Part shown: positions 1 to 11,774 of the stretch, in pieces | How the letters are laid out: every line of letters begins with the position of its first letter | How positions within the stretch are numbered: the stretch's first letter is position 1 | NCBI RefSeq assembly: GCF_006345805.1 | Contig: NW_021834697.1 | Span: 1-45,554, forward strand | Direction: 5' to 3' | DNA length: 45,554 nucleotides | Origin: Octopus sinensis | Taxonomy: Eukaryota | Translations under genes and position numbers: made by a program | The notes under the pieces: generated by a model | What the model saw: the letters and a program-made list of their open reading frames with translations, nothing else | What the model was told of the DNA's origin: nothing | The model's database searches: none

Positions 1-560
1 GAAATGCGTAGCCGTATTTCGTCTGTTCTTTACGTTCTGAGTTCAAATTCCGCCGAGGTCGACTTTGCCTTTCATTCTGTCGGGGTCGATTAAACAAGTA
101 CCAGTTACGCACTGGGGTCGATATAATCGACTTAATCCGTTTGTCTGCCCTTGTTTGTCCTCTCTGTGTTTAGCACCTTGTGGGTAGTAAAGAAATAGGT
201 ATTTCATCTGCCGTTACGTTCTGAGTTCAAATTCCGCCGATATCGACTTTGCCTTTCATCCTTTTAAAAATAAAGAAATTGGTATTTCGCCTGTCACCAC
301 GTTCTGAGTTCAAATTCCGCTGAGATCGATTTTGCTTTTCATCCTTTGAAGGTCGATAAAATACGTACCAGTTGAACACGGAGATCGAAATAATCGATAT
401 TCCCCCTCCCCCGAATTTCCTAGCTTTGTGAAATTTAAAACTAAAGCGATAAACTGGCAGAAGCATCTCCGCGTCGAACAAAATTCTTAAGCGGCATTTC
501 TTCCATCTTTTCATTCTGGGTTCAAATTACGCCAAGTTTGACTCTGCCTTTCATCCTTTT
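1..560 (+). mobile_element. SINE family C multimer (tRNA-derived), cut by the window edge, about 4 partial units
   Basis: Repeated B-box GAGTTCAAATTCC followed by GAGGTCGACTTTGCCTTTCATCC; same family as 10453, 24523 and 44441. Confidence 0.85.
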
Positions 561-561
561 G

Positions 562-650
562 GAGAATGTTTCTCCAGAGGATCCCTCGAAGGAATTCCAT
601 TTTGGCCTCTTCTATTCACTCTTTTCTGTCATTGCCCAATATTCGTCCAC
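562..650 (-). mobile_element. Possible small RTE-type LINE RT C-terminal scrap
   Basis: Minus-strand translation with one frameshift gives EYWAMTEKSE...EAKMEFLRGIL, resembling the RTE motif ETWAMT...EAAEMRFLR. Confidence 0.3.
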
Positions 651-1031
651 TCTATGTTTAGCCCCTTGTGGGTAGTAAAGAAATACACTAGAACGCGTAA
701 CAAATCAACAGCATATGGGTTGCTGTGGTCGTGAGCCTAAGACCCTATTCCAGTTCTCGATCGGAGTCGGCTTATCTCCTTCATTGTACAGTGCGTTCTT
801 GAAAAACGTCATGTGATTTAGAGACCCGACACCAGAGAAGCCTTTTATCTTCTCTATCCCACATAGTCTTTTTCCTCTATTTACACTTCACCTAGTTTCC
901 TTAATTCCTATGTTTGTACTCTTCTGCTTGCCTTGATTCTCCCGGAGTCCCAAATGATATAAAAAGCAGTTTTGTAGTTATACACCTAAAAATCTTTGAT
1001 ACTCTACCTATGTTAGAATCCACTATTATCG

Positions 1032-1124
1032 TCTTCTTCTTCTTCTTCTTCTTCTTCTTCTTCTCTTCTTCTTCTTTCTTCTTCTTCTTCTTCTTCTTCT
1101 TCTTCTTTCTTATATTATTATTTA

Positions 1125-1168
<44 letters not shown>

Positions 1169-1198
1169 CTCCACCACCACCACCACCACCACCAACAT

Positions 1199-1267
<69 letters not shown>

Positions 1268-1285
1268 CACACCACCACCACCACC

Positions 1286-1325
<40 letters not shown>

Positions 1326-1330
1326 ATACT
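1032..1330. repeat. Compound trinucleotide microsatellite (TCT)n-(TAT)n-(CAC)n-(TAC)n-(CAC)n-(TAC)n
   Basis: Read directly; explains ORFs 914..2179 and 1163..1384. Confidence 0.95.
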
Positions 1331-1570
1331 ATCAGTACCACCATCCTCATTCCTTCTCCTTTTCTCCCTCATCTCTTCCTTCACTCCTTCTTATCGGCTC
1401 CTGCTCCTCCTGCTGCTGCTCCACCTCACCCTTCCCCCCTCCTCGAGCCTAATGAACTTCTATTCTTTCCTTTGCTTTCTTTTTCCCTTCCCATGGACTT
1501 ATGTTTCCTGGTCGTTATTTGTTTGTTTCATATTTTATACACAGCTTCTCACTGTCATACGCGCATAATC

Positions 1571-1585
1571 AAACACACACACATA

Positions 1586-1637
<52 letters not shown>

Positions 1638-2030
1638 CACATACACACAAACACACACACACGCACACACACACACACACACACTCACACACACAAACAA
1701 ACACACACACACACCACCACACAAACACACACACACCACACAAAAACAACACACACACCACACCCCACACACACACAAAAAAAACACATACACACACACT
1801 CACAAACACACACCACACACACTCACACACACACACACACGCACGCACACAAACACACACACACACACACAATAACGCACACGCACACAAACACACACAC
1901 GCAAACACACACACACACACGCACACAAACACACACACATACACACACACACACGCACGCACACAAACACACACACACACACATACACACACGCACACAC
2001 ACAAACACCCCACCCCACAACGACAGAAAC
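1571..2030. repeat. Degenerate (CA)n tract
   Basis: Read directly. Confidence 0.95.
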
Positions 2031-2132
2031 AAGAGGCAAGCAAAACCTTTGAAAGTGTTTCCAGCATCAAAGCTGTACGGCATGTCTGCTGCATTCGGCT
2101 CTTTGTTATCAACCACTTGACTCAGATTATAC

Positions 2133-2210
2133 CTCTCCAGTCCCATTGGGAAAGGCATGAACACCACATCTTGTTATAACCCACTCTTCTTTTATAACCT
2201 TTTTAATTGC
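2133..2210 (-). CDS. Candidate isolated internal exon, phase 0-0, AIKKVIKEEWVITRCGVHAFPNGTGE; product not recognised
   Basis: Acceptor TTTCTCCCAG|G, donor GAG|GTATAA, 78 nt open in frame 0, non-repetitive sequence. No homology evidence. Confidence 0.3.
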
Positions 2211-2559
2211 CTGGGAGAAACTGTAGGTCATTGTGATGTTGGCATTTAGCAAGAGGTTGCCTAGCAACGAAGAGTGCATGCATGAAATGAGCTACGTACG
2301 GGTGGAATAGTTCTCACGTATACATCCATACGTATAAACACATGTACATATTCTATGAACACAAATACTCACACTCTCACACACTCTCACAACACACACA
2401 CACATGCGCGCGCGCACATATGTACTTATATATAGATATATATTCATATATACAAGTATATATGTAAACATGTATTTATGTATATATAGATGTATATGCA
2501 TATATGTGTGTGTGTATATATGTATTTAAATGCATTTATATATTTATATGCGTGCACCA

Positions 2560-2590
<31 letters not shown>

Positions 2591-2660
2591 CACACACACA
2601 CACACAGACACACACACATATATATATGTATACACACATACAAACACACACACACATATA

Positions 2661-3974
2661 TTGGGTTATCCCATAAATAATGCGGTTTTCTTATACTTCT
2701 TTTATTTTTCAACAAAGTTCTTTTTTTTAATCTCTCCTTCATTTTCTGCAATGCTCTTCCATCTATCTGGTAGACTTGCAAGGCCCCCGACGAAAAATCT
2801 ACTCCTCCTGAACTGTTCTAGCTTCATCAACAAAGTTCATATTTTTTTCCGTCCAAATGATGTTGAAGACTGCGGAATAAATGATAATCAGATGGGGCAT
2901 AGTCCGGCGAATGTGATGGGTGGGGCATCGTTTCCCATTCAAACTGCTCCAGCGTTTGGAATGTCATCCTCGATGTATGTGGCCGAGCATTATCCTTATG
3001 GAAGAACACCTTTCGTCTTGAAACCATAGATGGTCGTTTCCCTTCTAGTGCTAACTTAAGACGCTCAAGCTATTTGCAGTAGATCTTCTTTGTTGTCGTT
3101 TGGTTTGGGTTTAAAAGTTCAAAGTGGACTAAACCTTTCATATCCCACCAAACAGATAGCAACATCTTACGTGGGTGAAGACTTTCTTTAGCTTGGGGTG
3201 CCGGTGTTTCTCCTTTCCCTACGCACTGTTTTCGGCACTTTACAGAGAACCCATTTCTCGTCACCAGTCACTATTCAGTCCAAAGAAGAAGAAGAAGAAG
3301 AAGAAGAAGAAGAAGAAGAAGAAGAAAAGAAGAAGAAGAAGAAGAAGAAGAAGAAGAAAAGAAGGTTCATTCATGAGACGTGAAAGCAAAGAAGAGCACA
3401 CATCCACTCTCTGCGCGCGATTAGACTCGGAAACTTTGTGAGGAACCCATTGACCCAATTTGCTGACTTTACTGAAAGCATGCAGGTGTCGATGAATGGT
3501 TGATTGACCAAATCCAAGCTTCTCTGCTAGTTCCTCAACAGTGACGATGGAATTTTGTTCCAGCAGTGTTTGTAGGACATCCTCGTCGAGCCTTACAGAT
3601 CTTTCAGGAGGAGGCTCGTCTTCTAGGCTGTAATTTCTGGCTCGGAATTTTTGGAACTTCTGTTGACACTGGTTTATGCTTATTATCCGATTCCCATATA
3701 CTGCATTAATATTCCTCGCGCTTTCCGTTGCATTGTTGCCTTTATTGAGCTCATAAACCAAAATATACCGAATATGCTCCTTTGCCACTTCTATTATAGC
3801 TTTGAAAAAATAACTGTTAAAATCGAACTGCATTCATCAAACCTTGCACTAAGAATGATTTCAAAGTAAAATTATTGCCTGCTTTTATAGCAAGTTGATG
3901 CAGGTAGTTTGTTCCGTTCTCCTCCGACTTTAGTTCATGCAATTGAAAAACCGCATTATTTATGGGATGACCCA

Positions 3975-3975
<1 letters not shown>
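2661..3975 (-). mobile_element. Full-length mariner (DD34D) transposon, inactivated
   Basis: About 29-bp TIRs TTGGGT(T/C)ATCCCATAAATAATGCGGTTTT at 2661 and 3975, TA on both sides. Transposase motifs WVPHK, TGDEKW, HKDNARPH, SPDYAPSDYHLF spread over several frames; (GAA)n insertion at 3282-3364. Confidence 0.95.
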
Positions 3976-4005
<30 letters not shown>

Positions 4006-4171
4006 ATATTATATATATATAGTTATGTTATATTCTATTAAGAACGCAGTAGAGTACAGTATAAAGCTCGTCCACCTCAGATTTCACCCTGTGCTATCCA
4101 GTAGTAGTATTATACATATTTCCAGATTTGCGTTTGGGTGCCTGTATTATGTGAATAGATAATTGACAGAG

Positions 4172-4650
4172 AGAAGAAGAAGAGGTACGGTTGGACATCT
4201 ATTTGCAATCACAATAGTTGTTTCTACGTGACGTACTTCTCCAGGCTTGCAGGACTTGACGGTCCAACCGTTTCCTTGCATTATGAGATTCTGTTGTGTT
4301 TCCTCTGGTGATATATAAATATTGTCTCCGTAAGTTCAAATTCTCGCTTTTACGAGCATCTGTCGTGGCTGGAGTTAGTTTGCTAACGGACCTTCGGCCA
4401 CGACACATCTCTTGATATACTCAATGGCTACGACTAATTCCAGGCCACGACAGACAGATAAGATGCTCTTGAAGCCGAGAATTTTAACACTTACGTAGAC
4501 AATATTCATATATCGCCTGAGGAAACACAACAAAATATCAATGCAAGGAAACGGTTGCATAACCAAGTAACTACAAGCCTGGAGAACTACGTCGCATAGA
4601 AACAATTGTAGTGATGGCAAATAAATATCCAGCTGTACTCCTTCTTGTTG
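4172..4650. repeat. Old long inverted repeat (foldback / MITE-like), arms about 210 bp
   Basis: 4172-4380 aligns to the reverse complement of about 4432-4650 at roughly 75-80% identity by eye (e.g. TTCTCCAGGCTTG, CAACCGTTTCCTTGCATT, TGTTGTGTTTCCTC). Confidence 0.85.
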
Positions 4651-4746
4651 GCTCCAACTTTGTCAGTTACATATATACTTAGATATCTATGCACACACCA
4701 CTCTCTCTCTCTCACTCTCACACATACATACATGAGTTTATGAGGT

Positions 4747-4749
<3 letters not shown>

Positions 4750-4780
<31 letters not shown>

Positions 4781-4822
4781 TGTATGTATGTATGTATGTA
4801 TGTATGTATGTATGTATGTATG

Positions 4823-4856
<34 letters not shown>

Positions 4857-4873
4857 TGTATGTATGCTTGTGT

Positions 4874-4911
<38 letters not shown>

Positions 4912-4939
4912 GCATGTATATATATACATATATTATATC

Positions 4940-5008
<69 letters not shown>

Positions 5009-5210
5009 TGATCGATCTATCTATCTATTTATCTACCTATCTATATATCTATCTTCGCAAGTATGCACATATATTTATATATCTAGGCATACACACACTT
5101 TTTCTCTCCTTCACACACACACAAACACTTTTTCGCTCTCTCTTTCACACCACACACACACACACACACACAAACACTCACACACGCACACACACATACA
5201 CACACAAGTG
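4750..5210. repeat. Compound (ATGT)n/(TA)n/(ATCT)n/(CA)n microsatellite
   Basis: Read directly. Confidence 0.95.
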
Positions 5211-6363
5211 TATGCACATAGATGGTTTAGTTGCCGAATGTCAATAACTTCTGTGGTTTAAGATTCTGTTGTTGAGAATCTCTCGTTGTTGAGAAAGTCA
5301 TTTTAATTTATTTATTACGTAAATAAACCGGGGTCAATAAATAAGAAATAGAGTTTCATGAATACCATTATATTAGTCACTAAAGCACAGTAAACAACAT
5401 AAGAAACAAAACAAATTATTTTAAGAATAAAAAGAAACGTTACTTTTAAAATGCAAAAGAAAAAATTCTGTATCATACATTACGAATATTAAAGAATACA
5501 TACATATTATATGGTAATTTCACAGCAAAGAAATAAGCCAACGAAAGTTTTTAAAGTTAAAAGAAAATTTTCAAATAACAGATAAAATAAAAAACATTTG
5601 TTTTTCATTAAAAAATATTCATAAAGCTACATTAAATTCCCTTTACACGACTGATTGATCTGTAGATGCACTTTCTTCAATGGTTGTTTTAAAAGAATTT
5701 TCTAATGTCGCTTTTGTTTCAAAGACACCATATTTGTAGTGATTATTGTAGTTTACGGTGTTCGACGATTCGACGATTTGTTTTTGCGTTTTTATTTTCA
5801 GGAACAACTTGATGTATTGGTGAATAGTCAATGGCGTTGGAGAGCATAAAGGCATAGTGTGGGAGAATTAAAGCCATCTGAATATTGGAAAAGAGTTGCT
5901 TGTATTATAATGATTTGCATCGGGTATCAAAATGCCATCTTTTGATGTTCATAGAGCTCAATGCTCTGTGAACATTGTAAAAGCTGTGAAACGTGAGACA
6001 GACATCATTGTTCCCCAATACTGTGATTGGCCTTTTAGTCTGTCTCTAGTGCGGATGATGTTAGAACAAAAGGTTCAAAATGACCGAAATGCGTGTTGTG
6101 CTCTCACTTGCCCCAGCTGGGACGTATTTTTGTCTTCTTTCTCTGATATTCATTATATTTGTAACACAACACCTCTGTGACAGATATAACCACGAGTTAA
6201 ATATAGCTGTAACTATCCTATCAGCAGTGTATATACAATGGGTATGATGTATAGATGGCTATTTAAATTAAATACTGCTTTAATTGTGAATATCCATTGT
6301 TTTACTTGTTTCAGTTATTGGACTGCGGTCATGCTGGGGTACCGTCTTGAAGAATTTTGAACA

Positions 6364-6883
6364 GGGCCTTAAGCTCAACTCAAACGGTCATGTGAAGCTC
6401 GTGGAGACTGTGGTCAAACACTGGCTGGAGAGGGTTACTGCTGGAAGGCAATATGTGGTGGCAGGATCCGACTCCTTACCATTCCTCCGGAAAGAGTGAG
6501 AAGCGGTTCTCGGAGAATTTCTACATCTTCACTAGCCCTAATTTCTGGCGTCCTAATTCCCCCATTTGAAATCCTATAGATTTCAATGCATGGGGTTTGA
6601 AAGACAACAACCTTTCTGCCGGCAACGCCAAGACCAAGTTATTGGCCAATAGCAAGGTGTTCGAAAATATTCCCAGGGACACAGTGAGGAACACATGGAG
6701 ATTTCAGAGCCATCTTCAGGCTGTGGCAGAAGTTGAGGGCGGCTTCTTTGGGTAAACTGTTATCTCCCAACCATAATCTATTTAATATATCGTTGTTTAA
6801 AAAAAAATACTTCCATTTTAGGATGGGATATTGTGTTTTTTGGCACTTTTATGCAAAGTATCAAATATAGCCTGAACACTTTG
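6364..6883 (+). mobile_element. Tc1/mariner DD37D (maT-type) transposase C-terminal fragment with probable right TIR
   Basis: Frameshifted translation ...GRQYVWQDPTPYHSS...WRPNSPI*NPIDF...VAEVEGGFFG* has 37 residues between the two Asp; ends ...CCTGAACACTTTG followed by TA. Confidence 0.75.
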
Positions 6884-8169
6884 TAAATATACGTTCTTGT
6901 ATAACTTGTTACCTTGAGAAACGTGAATTATATTCAAAATAAAACAGAATTGCATCCATGTGTGATTTCTCTTTAGATCAAGATACACATTTCTTTAATT
7001 GTTTTGTTTCCATCATCATCTTTCTTGGGATAGATTTCTGAGATTAATCATACTAGCAATAACGAAAAGAGATGATAAATCTTGGGGATTAATTAGATAC
7101 CACTGTCAACTGCAATCCCGTCAATATTTTTATCCTCGTAAACAAATAAATGTCTTATGGTATTTACCTAATTTTATTGCGTGTATGTCTTACCTAACAT
7201 TAAACTCATGAAAATCCTTTTCATTTTCGTAATCAGAAGTAAATTAGTACAAAATTTCGTCCGGCTCTAATTAGAAATTCATGTAATAACAGATGCGAAG
7301 AACGTATCTTTGACCCTTTGTCATTCCTATTTCTCTGGGATCCATGTATTCTATATTATACACATTCTAAATTTTTCTCAGTCACCATAGTAACTTGTGA
7401 CTCATGGAAGGAAGGATTCGTATTACTGAGAAAATATGAAACAACGATTAACAAAAGTCTGAAAACAAGTACGAATGTCTAAGACAAACTTATAAAACTG
7501 CTTTGCACAGAGAAATGGTTAATTGTAAATTTGCTCTGAAAGTCACATAGATGTGATAATTGTTTCATGAAATTACTTTTAAAGTGACATTCGTAATTCT
7601 GGTCCTTTAGTTGTGATACCAATAACAGTAGGTGGAAAATAACAGTCGACTATTTCCACAATCTAATTTAGATTCATGGTGATAGACCCTCCATTTGTCG
7701 AGGATGGCCACTATAACCATCAAGCTGAAACTGTACGCACTCATTCGAGGAAAAATATAAGAAGACTCTATAAATTATGAGACTTAAAAATGACCGGAAT
7801 AGCATTATTGTATTATTGTATACGATATTCTATAATGCCATCTATGAATCGTGTTTAATATAAATACATCGTTGAAAGGCAAGTTCCTGCAATATTCTTT
7901 CAGAGTTAACATCTCTTATAGAAGTGTTATAGTTAAGGACACAACTCAGATCGGAAGGAGCTGAAAATCTTATTTTATAACGCATCTTAAATTGTATTTT
8001 TCTTCAAAGTTTTCAGACGATGGAAGTTACCAATTCCTAAAAGTTTGATCCTGTGTTGGTAAAATCTGTTTCTGTGAATAAGAACTGACATTCAGTCTTT
8101 ATTTTGTCTGAAAAAAAATCCAGCATTTGCGTCATTGGAGCTTGCTGATATCTGCGCTGGTTTAATTAA

Positions 8170-8386
8170 GGCAGCGAGTTGACCGAATTCTTTAACGCGA
8201 CGGGCGAAATGCTCAGCGGCATTTCGTCCGTGTTTACGTTCTGAGTTCAAATTCCACCGAGGTCAATTTTGCCTTTTATCCTTTCGGAGTCGATAAAATA
8301 AGTACCATTCGAACACTGGGGTCGATGTAATCGACTTACTCTCTCCCCTGATATCATTGACCCTGTGTCAAAATTTGAAATCAATA
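8170..8386 (+). mobile_element. SINE family C (diverged variant)
   Basis: Family C head, B-box GAGTTCAAATTCC, GGGGTCGATGTAATCGAC. Confidence 0.8.
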
Positions 8387-8423
8387 TTTGCGCTGATAAA
8401 TTATTTAACTAAAGGTCAGTTTC

Positions 8424-8740
8424 GGAGGCGCAATGGCCCAGTGGTTCGGGCAGCGGACTCGCGGTCGGAGGATCGCGGTTACGATTCCCAGACCGGACGT
8501 TGTGTGTGTTTATTGAGCGAAAACACCTAAAAGCTCCACGAGGCTCCGGCAGGGGGTGGTGGCGACCCCTGTTGTATTCTTTCGCCACAACTTTCTCTCT
8601 CTCTCTTCCTGTTTCTTGAGTAACGCTGCGATGGACTGGCGTCCTGTCCAGCTGGGGTGGGTGGCTGGGGTGGGGACACATACGCCACAGAAACCGGGAA
8701 ACCGGGTCTATGAGCCTGGCTAGGATTGAAAAGGGCGACG
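8424..8740 (+). mobile_element. SINE family B, subtype B2 (tRNA-derived)
   Basis: A-box TGGCCCAGTGG; perfect 13-bp TSD AAAGGTCAGTTTC at 8411-8423 and 8741-8753. Confidence 0.92.
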
Positions 8741-9572
8741 AAAGGTCAGTTTCATCGATGTTGTATATTTGAACAACCATAAGATTATGCTACTTGACAA
8801 ATTCTTTAGAGACCACACTGTACAACTATACGTGCTTCTGTGTACCAATGTTTAGAATATTTTCTAGGCTTGTCAACGTTTCTTATTTCATAACGCATCT
8901 TAAATGTGCTCAACCAACCATTCGAGAAAACAATAGAGGTCTCCAAACTCATCTTCGCTTTAAAATATTCACTTTTGCGTCATACCACTGGCCCAGGTAC
9001 CCTCACCCTCCAGTCGTAATAACAAAACTACTTGTACTGTATTGCATTTTAAATTTTCACATTTTGGTTTATGCAGATTTTTCTTATTTTATTGTTCAAC
9101 TAAAACCACTCTGCAAAATCTAAAAGCGTTTAAGTTCTTAATGTCTAATAAATTCAACGAACCGCAGCTATTTCTATCATTAGCATACTTCTACTCTTGA
9201 CTGTTCCTAATTTCTTGAAGATATTTAGTTTATCGCAAAATATTAATGTCGTTCCCCTCTGTTTCTTCTCATTAACTTCCGGCACGGCTTTCTACTATAA
9301 GACAAAGAATAAAATATTTAAAATGCAGCTCTAGGCATTTATATGTTGCTTGTATTCTGTCCACTTTACAAGTGGCAACAACAGACTAGACTAATTAAAC
9401 CAGAATGTTATTGACCGTTTTATTTGTAGTATAAGTTTCAAATGTGCCGTTCGAGCGCTATTCATTAAGCAACAACTCCACGGAGTAACAGAGGGCGGCT
9501 TTTCGCAGTACCAGTGAATTCACTGCTTCTTAATCCCAGAGGAGACAAAAATTCTCTAGGTATGTGAAGATG

Positions 9573-9987
9573 GGCGCAGGAGTGGCTGTGTGGTAAGTAG
9601 CTTGCTTACCAACCACATGGTTCCGGGTTCAGTCCCACTGCGTGGCATCTCGGGCAAGTGTCTTCTGCTATAGCCTCAGGCCGACCAAAGCCTTGTGAGT
9701 GGATTTGGTAGACGGAAACTGAAAGAAGCCCGTCGTATATATGTTTATATATATATTTATATGTGTGTGTGTGCATGTTTGTGTGTCTGTATTTGTCCCC
9801 TTAGCATTGCTTGACAACCGATGCGAGTGTGTCTACGTCGCCGTCACTTAGCGGTTCGGCAAAAGAGACCGATAGAATAAGTACTGGGCTTACAAAGAAT
9901 AAGTCCCGGCGTCGATTTGCTCGACTAAAGGCGGTGCTCCAGCATGGCCGCAGTCAAAGGACTGAAACAAGTAGAAGAGTAAAGAGT
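9573..9987 (+). mobile_element. SINE family A, full length
   Basis: A-box TGGCTGTGTGG, B-box GGTTCAGTCCC, central TA/TG microsatellite, tail with CAGTC-AAAG-GACTG hairpin and (GTAAAAGA)-type repeats. Confidence 0.92.
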
Positions 9988-10452
9988 ATACATGTCTAGA
10001 CGTGATTTGGTGTATACTCACAAGCCCTGCTACGACGATTTTCAGCTCCTTCCGATCTGAGTTGCGTCCTTAACTATAACATTTCTATAAGAGATGTTAA
10101 CTCTGAAAGAATATTGCAGGAACTTGCCTTTCAACGATGTATTTACATTAAACACGATTCATAGATGGCATTATAAGAATATCTTATATGTGGGGTTTAT
10201 AACCATTTGTTCAGGTTTCGACCATACAGCTGGTTCGCTGTTTCTATTTGATGTCCCGTTATCTCCAGAGGAAAAAAATCTTCCTGTCAACGACTTTAAC
10301 CTAATTTATTCAAGCTCATATTTAAAGATAACAAAATAACACAAAACAAACAAAACACGACTGGTCAGACTCTACAAAAATAAAACAATAAAACTATCCA
10401 GAATAAAGAAAGCAGAAACCGTCATCACACCATACTTAAAATCTGTTTATGA

Positions 10453-10848
10453 AGGGCGGCGAGCTGACAGAAACGTTAGTACGACGGGCGAAATGCTACG
10501 TTCTGAGTTCAAATTCCGCCGAGGTCGACTTTGCCTTTCATCCTTTCGGGGTCGATAAATTAAATACCAGTTACGCACTGGGGTCGATGTAATCGACTTG
10601 ATCCGTTTGTCTGTCCTTGTTTGTCCCTTCTGTGTTTAGCCTCTTGTAAGTAGTAAAGAAATAGGTATTTCGTCTGCTGCTACGTTCTGAGTTCAAATTC
10701 CGCCGAGGTCGACTTTGCCTTTCATCCTTCGTGGGTCGATAAATTAAGTACCAGTTACACACTGGGGTGATTTAATCGACTTAATACCTTTGTCTGTCCT
10801 TGTTTGTCCCCTCTATGTTTAGCCCCTTGTGGTCAATAAAGTAATAAG
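10453..10848 (+). mobile_element. SINE family C dimer (head + two B-box units)
   Basis: Two units; 13-bp TSD AATCTGTTTATGA at 10440-10452 and 10849-10861. An inverted family C head follows at about 10883-10919. Confidence 0.9.
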
Positions 10849-11469
10849 AATCTGTTTATGACCTATTTTTGATAGAAAGAAAGCCCGGCGTGCTAACGTT
10901 TCTGCCAGCTCGCCGCCTTTCATAAAGAGGAGAAAAGTATTCAATGTGGGTGTAAATATTTCACTGTCAGTAGTTCTAATAGTAACGAACTCTCATTTTA
11001 AACGATCTAACGGTAGCTTAAATTCCATCCAAGATGACTAATCCGCATTGCAGTTTACATCGTATACTAAGAAAGAGTATGTCGCCGTTGAAGAAGTTGC
11101 GAGTGGCGACGAAAGAACTTTGACATGCATAACTGATTGATTGATTGATTGATTGATTGACCGAATGGTTAAACGAACAATCGATTAGTTAATTGTTTAA
11201 ATAGTTAACCAATTGATGAATAATAAACAAGTGCAATAAAACAGATTTATTTCTTTTAGAAGCGCCGTACACAACGACCTATACATTATGATGTTGGTAT
11301 TTACTATGTAGAGGCCAATAAGTGCATCTCCAGCCTGTTAGTTATTCAATCTACGGATCGAAGTAAACATTGATATAATCGATATGTAGGTTTCCTTAGT
11401 ATTATGAAATAGGTGAATTTAAATAAGTATACGTGTGTATTGTGTATTGTGTGTGTGTGTGTGTGTGCA

Positions 11470-11703
11470 TTTGTGTGTCTATGTGTTGCTGCATGCCTAT
11501 GCGTTTTTCATCCTCACCTCTTGACAGTCGGTATTGGTTTGTTTACATTTTGTAGCTAATTAACTTAGCGGTTCGGCAAAAGAGTCCGATAGAATAAGTA
11601 TCTCAATGAAACTCGTCAAGTACTGGGATCGATTTGATCGACTAAACCATTGAATGCGGTGCCCCAGCATGGCCAAACTTCAGTGACTGAAACAAGTAAA
11701 AAT
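11470..11703 (+). mobile_element. SINE family A 3' half
   Basis: AACTTAGCGGTTCGGCAAAAGAG...CCCCAGCATGGCC...CTGAAACAAGTAAAA. Confidence 0.8.
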
Positions 11704-11774
11704 GATCAGAATCGGTTTGGCTTATATATGTTAATAGAATTTTAAATATTTACAGAAATCTTGTCGACCACGTG

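Noticed and set aside
914-2179. 421-aa ORF and the many poly-H/T/Y/V/C/I/L ORFs across the window
   Set aside because: They are translations of microsatellites, which lack stops by construction; no protein signal.
4199-4620. Two minus-strand ORFs as exons or a LINE fragment
   Set aside because: They are explained by the foldback and contain no recognisable motifs.
5643-6180. ORFs 5643..5855 (-) and 5932..6180 (+) as a terminal exon or receptor pseudogene
   Set aside because: Splice-like sites exist on both strands, but every extended frame has stops and no family motif was recognisable.
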